Assembly: GCA_002633005.1 (NCBI GenBank)
Contig: NMRA01000120.1
Span: 315,056-379,055, forward strand
Direction: 5' to 3'
DNA from: Phoronis australis
Taxonomy: Eukaryota > Animalia > Phoronida
DNA: 64,000 nt
The notes under the pieces are model-generated. The model was not told where the DNA came from and ran no database searches. It was given only the letters and a program-made list of their open reading frames with translations. Shown piece by piece: positions 38,951 to 52,467 of this stretch (the first letter of the stretch is position 1; every line of letters begins with the position of its first letter). The position numbers and the translations under genes are program-made.

Positions 38951-40631
38951 CTACTGAAAACCCTTTTAACTGTGCATTTGTGCGACGAGATGCAACGGAA
39001 TAAAGTTTCCTTTGATTTTCTATGTGACGGAAACGACACCGTAGTTTTGGTGATTGTCTGTGCTACATAAAGTGTGTACGACGGAACATCGCTATGTATC
39101 GTCAAAGAAATAACAGAAACGGTTAAACCCGAATTGGGAGTCGGTGAGTTCTCTCAGGGCAAACTCCCGCCTGCTGCAACACCCCAGTGCAATTTTCCGC
39201 TTGAAAGATTTCATGGTATTTGTATTTCGACTTATAGGATAAGCGTCAATAAACTTTGCCTATATATGCGCAATACACGCTCTAAGAAATACCGCGTGCA
39301 ACTTAACTTTTGCATATGTTTTACGCACCAGTATGTTTCATATTTTTTTTCTATCGTGCACTTTGTATGGTTGTTATTACGACTTAAGAGGACGCCGTCA
39401 GCTTGTATACGTCAATACAAGTTACTTTTATTAAAGTATTCAACGAGGCTAATACCCGTGTAAAGGACTGGGCGAGTTTAAAAATCAATTTTTAATAACC
39501 CAACGGGTGTTAACACGAAAAAGGTAAATGCGGTTAAATTAAATGAAAAGTGCTACGGGGTATAGGTGAATCTTTTTGAGCGTGGTTATAGTTTTACCCA
39601 AAACCCCTACTGTAAAGTCATACTGTCGGTTTGCGTTTACTATGTTGCCTAGAGACGGCGTAAAATTTGGCAGTGTCTAGAACATAATGTCGTTACTTTG
39701 AAGACAGTGGTCACCCTCCCTCGCGACGTCCTCCAGATCCTTTTCAATAGTACAATTCGAGCGCGAAGCGGAGTGCACTCGGTGTCTACAGGCCACTTGC
39801 TGGGAACACTGTATAGTGTATGTGCGTATTTAGGTCCATATGCTCGTATCCAAAATAACGCGCTTTTAAGACATTATTTGCACAAGTGTCTCACCTGACA
39901 TAAATGTATGTGTCGAAATTCAGCCTCAAAGCGCTTGCAACTATTTCCGCACTGGTGGATCTGCCTAACTTTTTACTTGTTGACCCTGGCAAAGATTTCC
40001 TGCACTGGCAGATCTACCACGTCCAAAGGACATACAAAGCCTCGTGTGACCTAAAAGCGATTTGCTGGCGATGTTTTAGTCGTGCCAGAAAGGCGAGACT
40101 GAAGGCCCCCTCGGTGCAGCCCTCTCCACGCAATCCGCATTTGAGTCTTGTATAACTACATGGCTGAGTGTTTTCCGCGTCTTAGTTGATAGTAAGCTTC
40201 TCCATGTAATAGTGAGTGTCTACATAGCTAACTTTGAGCTAGCTTATTTAAGATTGTGGCCAGATATCCCTTATTTAATATTTTCTCCTATCTTGAATTT
40301 CCTTGTTCCCTTGTTAAACATTGCTCGCGAAGCTTGAACACGCTTGCTCCACAATAATAAATCAGAAATGTAAATAAAGCATGTCTTAAAACATTGAATA
40401 AGCTTTTTTGGGCCAGTCACCTTTTCCAACATTGAAATTCAGACTTGAAAAATCTCGTCCACTTGGTAACCAATGTTCTCCAAGCTGGAAAAAGTTTACT
40501 GGTCGACAATGTAACACAAGTTTGCCACACACTAGTTATATTGAATAGGCACGTCGAACAACTTGATCTCGAACATGTTTGAAATCTGTGTAACATGGTA
40601 ATAATGGCATAACATATTAAATTTTAAATCG

Positions 40632-40690
40632 TAATGATAATAACAATAACAATTATAATAATAATAATAACAATAACAGCAATAATAACA
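40632..40690. repeat. (AAT/AAC)n imperfect trinucleotide microsatellite
   Basis: Direct read. Confidence 0.85.
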
Positions 40691-43600
40691 ATAGTAATAA
40701 CAATAATAATACTTGTCATCTTATCATGTGAATTCATGTTATGACTAAAAAGTTCACAAATTGATATCAACGTTTTTAATTACAATAAATATTTACTTAG
40801 ATTCAACTTTCATTTCTGTCAAAGATTAGTACAAAAGCAGACACTTTCACGTGGACAGGTTTAGTTAAGATATTTTTGGATTCTCAGCCCGAACATGATT
40901 ACATTTTACACAAGGAGCAAGGAAATTCAACATCTGTAACAGACATTTTTAAGCTTGGTCAGCAAGGTTTCCCCAGGATATGCAGTGAAAGTGCTTAACC
41001 AGTAATTATTAAATATGAAAGGACGAAAAGCTTGTAAAAAATTTACTAAGCTTGAATAGTATTGGTCATCTTGAAAATGAAGACGTACTTTCCAGCTGGA
41101 AAAATGTTACCGAGTGAGCATTGTCCAAGCTTGTCGAGTTTAGTGTCGCACCATGCTTTAAGGAATAAGTCAAGTATAACTAACAGAATATTTTTAAAAA
41201 ATACTCCTCGGGTTTACTCAACTGTTTCACATTTAGACATATGCGTTTGATTCCAAATAAAGGTGCAGCTTCACATTTAGGCGTATGGGCCAAAATGCAG
41301 TTATACGATGTGGTACATGGAACGCGTACTAGGAAGCGTTTGAAATAGACGTGTTCGGTGAACTGCAAAATTATTTTGAATCAAATTTTCTGAGTTAAAC
41401 CTATATTTGATTTTGCGCATTAAAAAAATATCCGGACTATATATCCGTCATGTTTTATCAAAAAATGATAGATTTGAAACAATCTAACCCTCGGGTTAAT
41501 TTCGGACCATCAGCACACTTCTGTTTTGGCGGAGCATTTGCCAAGGAAATTCCATCGGCAAACGCGTGCTTTGACCCCTTTCCTACTTCAAACTTTGAAA
41601 TTGGATTCATCAAGGGTCAGAGAACATTGTTTTTGTTACTGGATTACGCAGCACCCTAGCAAAATGGGGGGAATCGCTGCAAAGCGAAAACCAAAGCACA
41701 TTTTAGAAGTTGGCGACAACACAGGTAGACTAACATCATCTATGCTACGTAAGCCCATAAAACAAATTGCTTTGCGCCATGAATTAAAACGTTTTATAGG
41801 TTTGCTGAACAACAGGCCATAACACGTGTTTTATGTAAAAGTACTTTAATGTTTGTGAAAGTTGCATGCACTTAAACATTAACACCCGCATAAATGTAGA
41901 CTGCATTCTAAAATACACGAAACAGAAACTAAAATAGCACTGTGAATCATGTACAACAGTAGACTTTAGTTTAATCCGTAACGTGTATATGGTTAATTCA
42001 GTTTAAGCTACATTGTAGCCTAAATACTGGCTAATTTATCACCCCCAAACAATTTTATATGTGCAAATAAAAAAATTCGGCTTTGTCGATGTGTTCTCAA
42101 ATTCTACACTCCTTATTTCCGTAGATATTTCACATGAAGGAAAGCTCGCCAGAAACACGTAAACAACAGATGTCCCTGGATGTGACCTTGCGTGCTCTAT
42201 GACAGGCAAATCTGGCGGAACTCACATAAATGGTAATGCTCGACACACTTGCCCGTTCTAAACACCTGGTCTTTAGACGTGGTGGTGAAAAAGTTTTTGT
42301 TTTTTGAAGAACTATTGGCGCGGCTCACCTGTTGGACGCCGCAGATGAAGCGAAATTACTGGCATGCATACTGAAGCTGGTCGCGGATTGCGCTTAAAAA
42401 CTCATTAGTTTCCCAGTCCAATTCTCATAAATGCCAGAAGATGTTTTTTCTCTAAGTTATTTTTTGTTCTTAACTAACGTGCTGGCGTTCGCTTCTTGAG
42501 CCAATCGTTAAAAATAAAGTGGATGTCGGACATTCAAACCTCTCCGTTACTTCGTAATGTCTTTCGTTGCAAACAACATTTTTGACTGATTTGTTGCAAG
42601 AGGTCGCAAAATTATACTGTCAATTTCCACAAATGTATAATAAATTTCTAGGTCACCGAGATTTCTAATCACGTTCACGTCGTTGTTTTGTTTAATGAAC
42701 TTATTGATATTACACCATATTGACAAGATTCAATTTGCTTATCAATCCGCGAACCGAACTCCCATTGAGCGCACTGCTTATCTTTTCCCTCACACCACCA
42801 TTCTTCAACCGCAAACACATTCCGAATTGCTCGTGAACAGCGTTTTAATTCTCAGGAACAGTGTTCTTTTCTCTACCGACGTTCAGTTCACTGTCAACGT
42901 AGTTCGCCAGGAACGAAAGCGTTCAGCCGGGAGATGAGTTGCAGAGCACAAGAGAACAGAACTTAAATAGAAAGGAATATTGTTCGTAAATAATAAAATG
43001 CGGCTCGTGTGCGTGAGACGAGCGACTGGAAGTCTAGGCCCTCGACAATGCGTTGCGATGTCTACATTTGCGGATCAAAAATACATTACAGGCGATCTCA
43101 AGAGGTTTTTAAGTCGGTTAAACAGTTAACTCGACAAACAATTTACGTGACACTACTTTTTAACCATTTTACAAGTGACCTGTTTTGATTCGCAGCTTCC
43201 ATCATTTCTGACACACCCTCTTGACCTACAGGTTGTTTATATGATTGTTAGGCACGCTAACTGCCAGGATAGTAGCTAAATTTATGACCTCAAGAGTAGC
43301 AGATGTATTTTTAAAATCAGATTCCTTATATGTATCTCATTAAAATGAAAACTTACAAAATACAATTGCCCAATTCCGATATAATATCTAGGCAAGGGTT
43401 AAGATCATTTGGTTTCATTTCTCAGAGATCACCAAGGAAACAAATGCACCCCGAGGTGAGTCGGATTCATGATGCACAAAGGGGAGAAGCAGTAGAACAT
43501 GAACTCTCATTTATCAGTATTTCAGGGATGGTAATCGAGCCCTTGGAACCAAGGAGTACCTTAAGCACCTTCTACAAAATACGTCGTACCGGAAGAACGA

Positions 43601-45761
43601 CTGACGAAGAAACTTTCCATGGAATCTGGAATGCAACCACACTCATAAACAGTTACCATGCGTCACAGGCGTTTTCACTGAATAGTGTGCGTTGCAGTCT
43701 GCACCAAGAGTTCTGTGAAGAGTGGTAATAGTCCTGTTCCCTGGGTATGTTCTGCGGTTCATTGCAACGGTTAAACTACCACCCCTGTACATGTAATTTT
43801 TGGCACCATCGTAACAGAGCACCGAAACGTAAGACAGGGACCGTTGTGAGATATTCGTGTAACTATGATACTGCGAAAGGGGTGTGGGTTTGATCTTGGG
43901 CAGAATTCAGTAGCGCGCAATGTGGATTAGTTTTTGTGTAAGTTTGGAACAAGCATATCATTTCCTAACGTAGGCTGAAATGATCTTGAATTTCAAAATA
44001 TTGATGAAAAAAGCAGACGGCTCTCAAAGACAAGCGACTATGAGAAATCTAAAAGAATACCAAGAACACACGTAGCACTTTGATGTGGCAAGCAACGAAT
44101 ATTACAATTTAGACCTTTATATATGTAGATGTTATCGGTTTCTATTTATAGTAGTTTGACCTAAATATTTATATTCAGTTAAATATATGTTTGCATGCAT
44201 GCACCAGTATGCACCCTGTCTAGCTGAAGCCGTTTTTGACTTCGCACACTAACGCCGTTTTACCATAGCGAACATGGTTTCCCGAATTTACAAACGACCA
44301 CAAAAAAGAACGAAAATAGACCCACACTCTGAGGACTTTAATGTATTCATTTTAATTCTTCATACGTGATACTAGTCGGTAAATCAACCTTAATTAAACA
44401 GGGTAATTCACTAACACGATATGAGCTCATCAGAAGTAAAAGTGTAAAAAATGCACGACAAAGGATGTTTTATTCAATTTTCCACCACGTTACACATGCG
44501 TGCATTTGTTACAGGATTAAAACAGGGTTCCAGTCCGAAATTTTCGACTATTTAAAGTCTGATCTGATAAATGATATTACGTCACGTGCCATCTCTCAAA
44601 TATCGTTTATCAATTTATTAGATCACGCTTGGATTCGTCTTGTTATTTCCATATTTTTGTTGACGAAGGATATCAGATCAGAATCCCTTATAGTTGTGTC
44701 TTTCTATAGTTTTTCATTTACCAGAAACAGTATCTAATTGTGGATCGGGATTCATAGTTTAGTTACAGATTTGTCTTCTAATATCTACAAACTCATGGGC
44801 GAGGATGAAATTATTTGGGACTGAGGTTTTCAAAGATGTAAAGGTTATTGATCCTTGCCCATTGCAATGTTTCACTATTTGGAAGGTGTCCTATAATGTC
44901 AGGGGGGAGGGCCTATTGACGATTACAAGGCTCAATACGACAATTTATAGAACAAACTCCACTAAACAACAAGGAGTTGTACTATGGAATTAGTTGACGA
45001 ATACTCTTAGGTATTGTACTGATGTAGTAACTTTCAGCAGTAGACTGTCAAGTCTTTTGAAACAAGAATATACCTGTCAGAGGTGCACTTCATGTATAAG
45101 TATGTCCTTTGATAAGTGAAGTAAGATATCACTGTCACTGTACATTTTTCATTATGCATATCTCATCCACTGCATCTTTGTATATACTGAAATTTTACCG
45201 GTGACTAGCACTTGTGATAATATTTTTTCTTGTTTTGTATTTTCCTGTACCGATGTAAAATAAACATTTTACTTACTTAATTACTTACTTAGTCAGTGCA
45301 ATAGTATAAATTATAGTATTGTCATGTTTTATACCACTTACGCACAACAACCTCGGCTAATAACATTCACCCATATAAAAACACGAATTTTGAGCGTCAC
45401 TTTTCTTTTCGTTTTGTTGCTTGTTCCTTTAGCTTTTTGTATTTTTATAACTACAGACATTGCACACGGAAAACTCAGGTGATGTTAGCGATCCCTGCGT
45501 AATCAGTTGACTTGCAGCGACACTATCGTACACAGCATATTGTAAGTTTTTTATCCTTTCTTTTAATAATCAAAAACACGTTCAGTTTCGTTAGGCCATC
45601 TGAGAATGCCTCCATATTTAGAGCCAAGGTTGTTTTGCTTTGGTCATTATCTTTATTGAAATTACCCATGCAAACTTCCTATTAGGCTACGATTTATTCA
45701 AAAGCGCGCCAAATGTCACAAGTGCTAAAAAGCTAGTGTTCTCGCATAATTCGTAACTTAA

Positions 45762-46392
45762 GGTTATCTCAAACTTTATTTAGTGGCCTCCATTCTAACT
45801 CGTATATGTAAAACTAAGCTTTGTCAACTATTAACAGTATGTATTTTCTGAAAGAAAGAAGATCAGGGAATATAAAAATATTTTTTGTATTTATTTACCA
45901 TTATTATTATTACATTAACACTTTTTTAAGTCAAAATTTCATTTTTAAGAAAAGTACGTTCATAGCAAAATAACCCTCGGTCGATTTTAATGAAACCTTT
46001 TTATATGAAAACTTCATCAGATACCTCAAAAACGCAGTTAGGAATTTTCGGATAGTCTTTTCGTTTGGTTTCTATGACAAATCAACTCGCAAAACGTAAG
46101 GTATTTTTGTAAAAATTAGAAGTCGTATTCGTCTTTGTTAAATTACGCAAAAACTAGGTCTTTAGATCGAAAATCCTAATATTTTTTTGAGATTGATAAC
46201 TAAATATTAAGTTTGGAAAGTTTCAATGAAATCCACCACGCCGTTTTCGAGAACTCGTGTCCCTAGGCTCAAATAAAGTCGATTTGCGGAAGCCGAGAAA
46301 AAAGCCGATTAAACTGGGACGAGAGAAAATCTCAGTCATCGGTTAATTATTCGGTGAAAACTTGTTTTCGGTAAATATAACCCATACATGCC
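45762..46392. mobile_element. TTAA-flanked Kolobok-type MITE with internal palindrome
   Basis: ttaa|gg ... cc|ttaa; internal inverted arms at ~45975-46055 and ~46165-46240. Confidence 0.5.
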
Positions 46393-46904
46393 TTAACTAT
46401 GTTAGCTATTTCAACATTCACTCGCAATGTCAACTGAATTTGGAGTGCGTAATTAACTTAATTACCATTAAAACCTACCGTCCCCAGCCACGACGTGGGA
46501 TCAACTGTTACTGTTATTTGACCTACTTAAAAGTAGGTCACAGTTCATTGTTATACACACAGTCTGTACACATAATGTGCCGGGAGTCTGATACGAAACC
46601 AAGGATGGATAACAAAAATCAAATTAGTGGTTCAAGCATGTCGTTAGCATGAAATCGAAACAGCAAAATGTCAATTTACTAATTGAATTAAGAAATTTGA
46701 GATTCGATTTGAGTGACAGCCCTCTAACCTTTGATCTCAGATAAGTAGTAAACGGTTCCAAGGTGGATCTGCTAAATCTTTTTTTCTCGCTAATTTGTAT
46801 ATATTTTGTATTTGAAGTTCCCTGAGAATGAAGGTATTTTGCTAGACACGTGAAATATTGTAAACATAGACAATTTTTGTGAATTATGTTTGAGATAATC
46901 TTAA

Positions 46905-47600
46905 AGGGGCATTTCCTTCGATCACTACATGTACACTATACCTAAAATATAAATAATCGACGAGGTCGTTGAGTTCTGTAGACGCAAGAATGTCGCGAAG
47001 GAAGCTAGTGTGATCACGTGCTTCGCTTGTAAGGCATGACAATATTTCGCGACCTTTTGCGTGAACTTGCATTTTCACGAGATTTTCGAGTCTGTGGAAC
47101 GCACGTCATTCTGCTTAAGCTCGCAAAAGATGTCTCAAAGTTTCCTCACCATTGTGGAAATCCTAAACATATCATTAAGGGCAATGGCAGGTCATCAAGA
47201 GATTCAAAAAGGCTATTGCTTTTGAGAGCTAGGGCAATCCTTTTAAAATCTTCCTGAATTCATACGAATAGCTTAATTACCTGGCATTAAACCCATGCTT
47301 TCCGTCAAAAAATCAAGTTTTTATTTAGGTCACTCTACGTTACAAAATCGGTCTTGTCATGTTTTTTTACTCAGTACAGAAGTGGCCTCTGAGCTTCTAA
47401 ACAACTGGCACTTCGTTATTTCTTCTGACCAATCGTGACCTGAAAACGCCGACGTGACCTGGGTCTGAACGACTTGTCAGGTTTTTACAAGCCAAGAAAT
47501 CACATGAATTTTGACTAAGGAACATTTTGAGACCAATTTCATAACGGTAGATGGCCTAAATTAACACTTTTTTGGCAGAAAAGACTGATTTGATACCGCT
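46905..47600. mobile_element. Possible TTAA-flanked Kolobok-type MITE
   Basis: ttaa|aggggcat ... ataccgct|ttaa short imperfect TIR. Confidence 0.35.
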
Positions 47601-48419
47601 TTAAATAAAAACCATTCCGGCTCGTCGAAGGCATCCTCCTCGTTGTGACGTAGAACAATTAGGGGGCAATGCGCCAGCAGGCGGACAATTACAGGTAGGT
47701 TGCGCACTAGTCGCCCAAAGTAAATTTTAGGGGGTATCAATTAGGTGATCGATGGAGGGAAGTGACACCTGTCGGCAACCAGGTACGACGGTCATAAGTG
47801 GGAAATTTCTATGGCATTTTTGAGTAGAAATGTTTGGCGGGAGAGAATCAATTCCACAGAAAGTTACTTAGAAATTCGAGTCCTCTTTTTAGATACCTAG
47901 CTACAGCACTGGAAGATCACGTCGGACACTGTTTTTGTGGAGGCACATTCACCAGATTCCAGAGATGTCATAATAAACAACATTCAAAGGGAGGGCATAC
48001 ATGTATCAGTACGTGGCTTAAAGCAACGCCGATTTGAGGGCGTTTTACAGCACGGATACGGCGTCAGTTTTATACGGAAAACTAGCTGGGGACATTAAAT
48101 TATTACAGTGCCTCAATTTAACCCGGCGGAAATATGTTCTATGTATTCTAATTTTAACCAGTGGTGACTTTTAACTTTGTAATATCACACTGGGGGTCAA
48201 TACACGTCCCATGCAGCAACTACGTTATACTAAACACATGCATTTCAAAGTTGTATCAAAATCCATTTAATGCAAGCTCAACCCATGATTTTGCCTGTCG
48301 CCATTTCGTTGGAATTTCTCAAAAATTCTCCAAGGCTCAAAAGCAGTCGACTGTTGGATTACCGCTGCATTTCAGTCACAGATAGTTTACTGAATAAATC
48401 TGCGGTTTTAAAACTGCAA

Positions 48420-49435
48420 GAAAACACGAGGCACTGACCTGGGTTTAGTCATCAATTCTGTAACGGCATAAAAGCCACTGCATAGTATGAAGACATCCCA
48501 GCGGTTTGCCACCAAAAGGAGTCGAGTTGACCTCCTCACACCAACGCGCATGCGACTGACCTTTAAGATATGATCGCTGACAGCGTTTTCACTTGCTGTC
48601 GATTTACAGGTGAATGGACGCCTTCTGTTGGCTTGGTGGCTGGCGTAAGCAATGGCAGCTGATTGGAAGCATTGACCATTCCCCTCGTATGAAAGGCGAC
48701 TAGACGACACCTATAGGTATATTACTCAAACACGGGTGGTGAAGCCGCGGGTGGTAAACTTCACAGGCCCTCACGTCGGTGGAACCGAACCAAGGCTATG
48801 TGAGGCGGGCGGTGGAGTTGGACTAGTACCATAGACTAGACAGTACAACCTAGTGATCTGCAGTGACTCAGGAGGTGACCATCGCCTGCATAGGCCCGCC
48901 GTGCGACGGAAGCATTTGCGGGCAAATCATGCCTCACACTGGCTAAACCGGTCATTTCGCTGCGGACATCATTAACGCGGGCTCTGATATATTCTAGCTA
49001 ATGATTGGTCATAGACTGACGTAATTTTTCAAGAAAGGCTGACGGTTTGTTCCCCGCCCTGCGTGATACTTTTTATTCCACTTTTGATGTCCGCTGGTAA
49101 CTGCGAAACTTTTATAATCCCGGAGTTGTCCGCCAGGCAAATTACTACGCTGATGTTAGTTCGTAGTAAAAGCGCAGCACAAAACTGGAGGAAGATCTAG
49201 TATGCCAAGTTCACTCACATGAGTTTCCGGCCAAAATAAGCAATGAGGAAGTCAGCACAGCCACAAATTCGACTTCACTTTCGGTTTGCACGAAGTCGAC
49301 TGCGCGCTGGAGGCTGGGCCCAGCAGTGTACTCCCCTGTGGTAGCTCCCATCAATTTCGGAGTCGTGGGCGATGCATGGTGAGGCCATGGCGTGGACAGC
49401 AAGCAGGGAAGCGGACACTCAAAATCTGATCCCTC
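48420..49435 (+). mobile_element. Highly decayed Ngaro/DIRS-type tyrosine-recombinase retrotransposon fragment
   Basis: Ordered remnants: VINSVTA*KP..M and MIADSV...RFQV (RNase H end), YVRRAVEL/GLVP*TRQY (YR N-terminus), SHQFR...HGV...GHSKSD (YR catalytic end). Many disablements. Confidence 0.45.
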
Positions 49436-50051
49436 ATTAGATTTTCTGCGTCAGTAATCCTAAGTAACTAAAAAGTATGTGTTCCGTATGTCTTAGCCAC
49501 TTATTCCCAATTCCCAAGGAATTGAAAAACTGAAAAATATACAGGATATTCATGGATTTGAAGTGTATCTTCTAAAGTTATAGGTCACGACTAACACAAA
49601 ATAAAGTCAAAAACGAGAATCGCAAATAAATTGTAGTTCAGAACGATGGCCTCAACAGAAATGTGCCTTTTCATTTTCTCGTCAACATAAACGTTTTAAT
49701 CACTTGTTCACAAATGTGTGTCTCGAACTTTTCTTTGATATGATTACAATTGCTTTCTACCACCAAATGAATTGGCGGGTCACATCTCATTGTCGTAAAG
49801 CGATCCAATTTTCGACAAGTTGGTCAGCCGCGTTAAAATTGAGGTGGTTTTGTGAGACCTTTTTACTTCTTGCGACGTCATTAACATTCAGTTTCAAACT
49901 CTGGCCGCTCAGATTAATTCTATAACGGTAAGGGGCAAAATGAAAATTTTGTTTCTGGCACGGAAGGCGTCTTTATAGCTGCGATGTTTTCGACATGAGG
50001 ACATGGTTTATAATCGCTTTAATTTACGTTAACATTATATATTCGTATGAA

Positions 50052-50115
<64 letters not shown>

Positions 50116-50132
50116 TGTGTGTGTGTGTGTGT
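50052..50132. repeat. Compound (GT)n(GCGT)n(GT)n microsatellite
   Basis: Direct read. Confidence 0.95.
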
Positions 50133-50538
50133 ATACATAAAATTATACACACATACACAAACTTCCTGTCAATGAAATTCAGTAACTTTTGACTGTGTCG
50201 GAAAAAATCATGAATGAAACTTAATTATTTTTTTAATTAATCCTTTAATTTCAACCTTTGTATATTTTTATGAATTTAAAAATAGTCTTTAGGGGTGCGC
50301 ATAAAACCGCAATTAGTTTGAAAGTTTTTAGTATTTATTTATTTTTCAATTTATTTCTTATTCACACTTAAAGGAGAATGCCACCCGATTTCAACACTTT
50401 TTGTTACCGTCATAATCGGTCTCCACATCACCTCGCACACACTAGATCTCGCCTCGCCGAAAGGTGTCGCGTTAACCGGTGAGAATGGTGAGTACACTTC
50501 TCAGCGACGACACTGGTTCCTCAGCTGAGTGTGGCGCT

Positions 50539-50730
50539 ATGGTGTGGCGTATCGTTCCCGCTTGTGCGAACCATGAAGCTGCGAGGAAAGCGTGTGTATC
50601 GTTTTTTTTTCGATTTCCGCGAGAACCCATAATGCTTCGGAAGTGGTACGAAAAGTACGACGTTAATACTAAGTATGAGGTTGTGAAACATCACTGTCTC
50701 TGTGGCCGGAATTGTTCTGTTTCAAAATGA
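50539..50730 (+). pseudogene. Decayed THAP-domain fragment downstream of a Kolobok-like left end (ttaa|aggag at 50368-50376)
   Basis: MVWRIVPACAN...VSFFFRFPREPIMLRKW...HHCLCGR matches THAP spacing with loss of some Zn ligands. Confidence 0.55.
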
Positions 50731-51373
50731 ATTATTCTCACCGAACCCATATTTAGGACTGTTCGTGAGTGCAATTTTTTGAGAAATCAACAATGAATAT
50801 ATATCACACTGCGTTGCCGGTTTCAGATGCAATAAAACTAATTCAAAGCCGTGTTTGCTGACAGAAAGCTGTTGTGAAACTACAACTCGATTTTTAATGC
50901 TATGACCAGACTTTTTCTAGTAAGGCAAGAATTAGGGAAAATCTTCAAGAAAGGTACACGAGAATATAAAAGGTTTATAACTGCTTCACAATTACATTTC
51001 AGCTGCGTCAAGCACGCACTTCCCGGCTCCGTTTACTGGCGGCTCGTCACTCCGGGTCAAGAAGAGTTTTTACTATTTGCCGAGTTGTTGAGTAGATTTA
51101 TCGTCTCCTGTTATTGTATGGTTAAGTTGTTCTATTTGAGTAATTTTGTTCAGAGACGATGGTGTTCAAACTGAATGATGTAACGGGTTAATCAGGCCAG
51201 TAGCTTGCATTGCGCGGTTCGAATTTCTTGGTGGGTCTTTGATATTTTGCAAACGCCCATCGACATTGTGGAGTTTTCATTAAGGCCCTCAGTTGACTCA
51301 GCTTTGAGTTATATTTTTGCGTGTTACTTTTAAGTTGCTAAGGAAATAGGAACAGCCTACGTACTCACCATTT

Positions 51374-52467
51374 GGTTCACCATCCCCATGGTTCACTACT
51401 TCGAAGGTTCACGGCTAAGAAAATATCTTTAAAAGATTTTCAATTCGTGTAATTTTTATACTGTTATGCGCAAAAATGAATGATACTTCGGTTATTACAT
51501 ACACAGAGTGGTGCACCTCTACCGGATACAACGCCCGGGTACTAAAACACTTTCTTTGGATTTCATGCGCATGCGAAATTGCCTAAAAGTCTTAAGAACA
51601 CGGAAAAATAAGTGACTGCATTTTAAAAATGTGAGGTAGAAATATTGATGAATTGTCAGCTACGATACATTCATCAAATCCATGTCAAGGTCGCGTCATT
51701 TCACAGCGCAACAGTTGAGAATAAGTCATTTTAAATAATAAGCTGTTAACTGAAAAGTTTAGGGCCGCTGACGGCGCCTGAACTTCACCCACCGGAACCA
51801 CGCACACGGCCGGGATGAAATTAAATGTAATTAGGAGGCTACCCTGTCCCTGCCAGTCTTCACGAAGTCAGAGAGCCTCATTCAGTCTTCTTAAATTTAA
51901 AACCGTTGGTCGCCGCAGCCATGACCCGTGCCCCAGACGTTGTCCCTGCTTGAGAATGAGTCGAAAGTTAGATTCAAGAATCACGATTGGCAGTGGTTGG
52001 AACTGAGCTCATTTGTAAACAATGTAATCGATGTATTAAGAACTATTCAACTTTTGCACACCCTTTAAATGGCTATTAAAATGGACACAAATACAATATT
52101 TTATTCGTGTCGGTTATGGCTCACCAGCAGACATTCAGAGTAATGAACTGTGTAGCTCAGTGGTTTGAGGTCCGGACTCAAGTTTGGGAGACCTGGGTTC
52201 GAGTCCTTCCTTCACTAGCTGACAATCGAGCATTGCACAAAGGTGTCTCCTACTCCTCTTACAAGTGAATGTTTGCAAAGTGTGAATGAGAACTTGGATA
52301 TAATGCGAAAGCGACTCCTGGGGCTGTGCTTATATTTAAAAGAAATAACTGTTAGAGTTCTGGTTTTGGAATTGTGGACATTCGAAGTAGTGAACTTTCG
52401 AAGGTGGCGAACCTTCGGAGCAGTGAACCTTCGGAGTAGCGAACTTCGGAATAGTGACATGTAAACC
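51374..52467. mobile_element. Putative non-autonomous element with inverted subterminal 16-bp tandem units (CTTCGGARTAGTGAAC)
   Basis: ggttcactacttcgaaggttcac (51390) is the inverse of the ~5-unit array at 52378-52458. Confidence 0.45.
52150..52340 (+). mobile_element. tRNA-derived SINE (possibly CORE-like)
   Basis: A box tagctcagtgg, B box gggttcgagtcc, followed by cactagctg (MIR/CORE-like). The 3' boundary is approximate. Confidence 0.6.
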
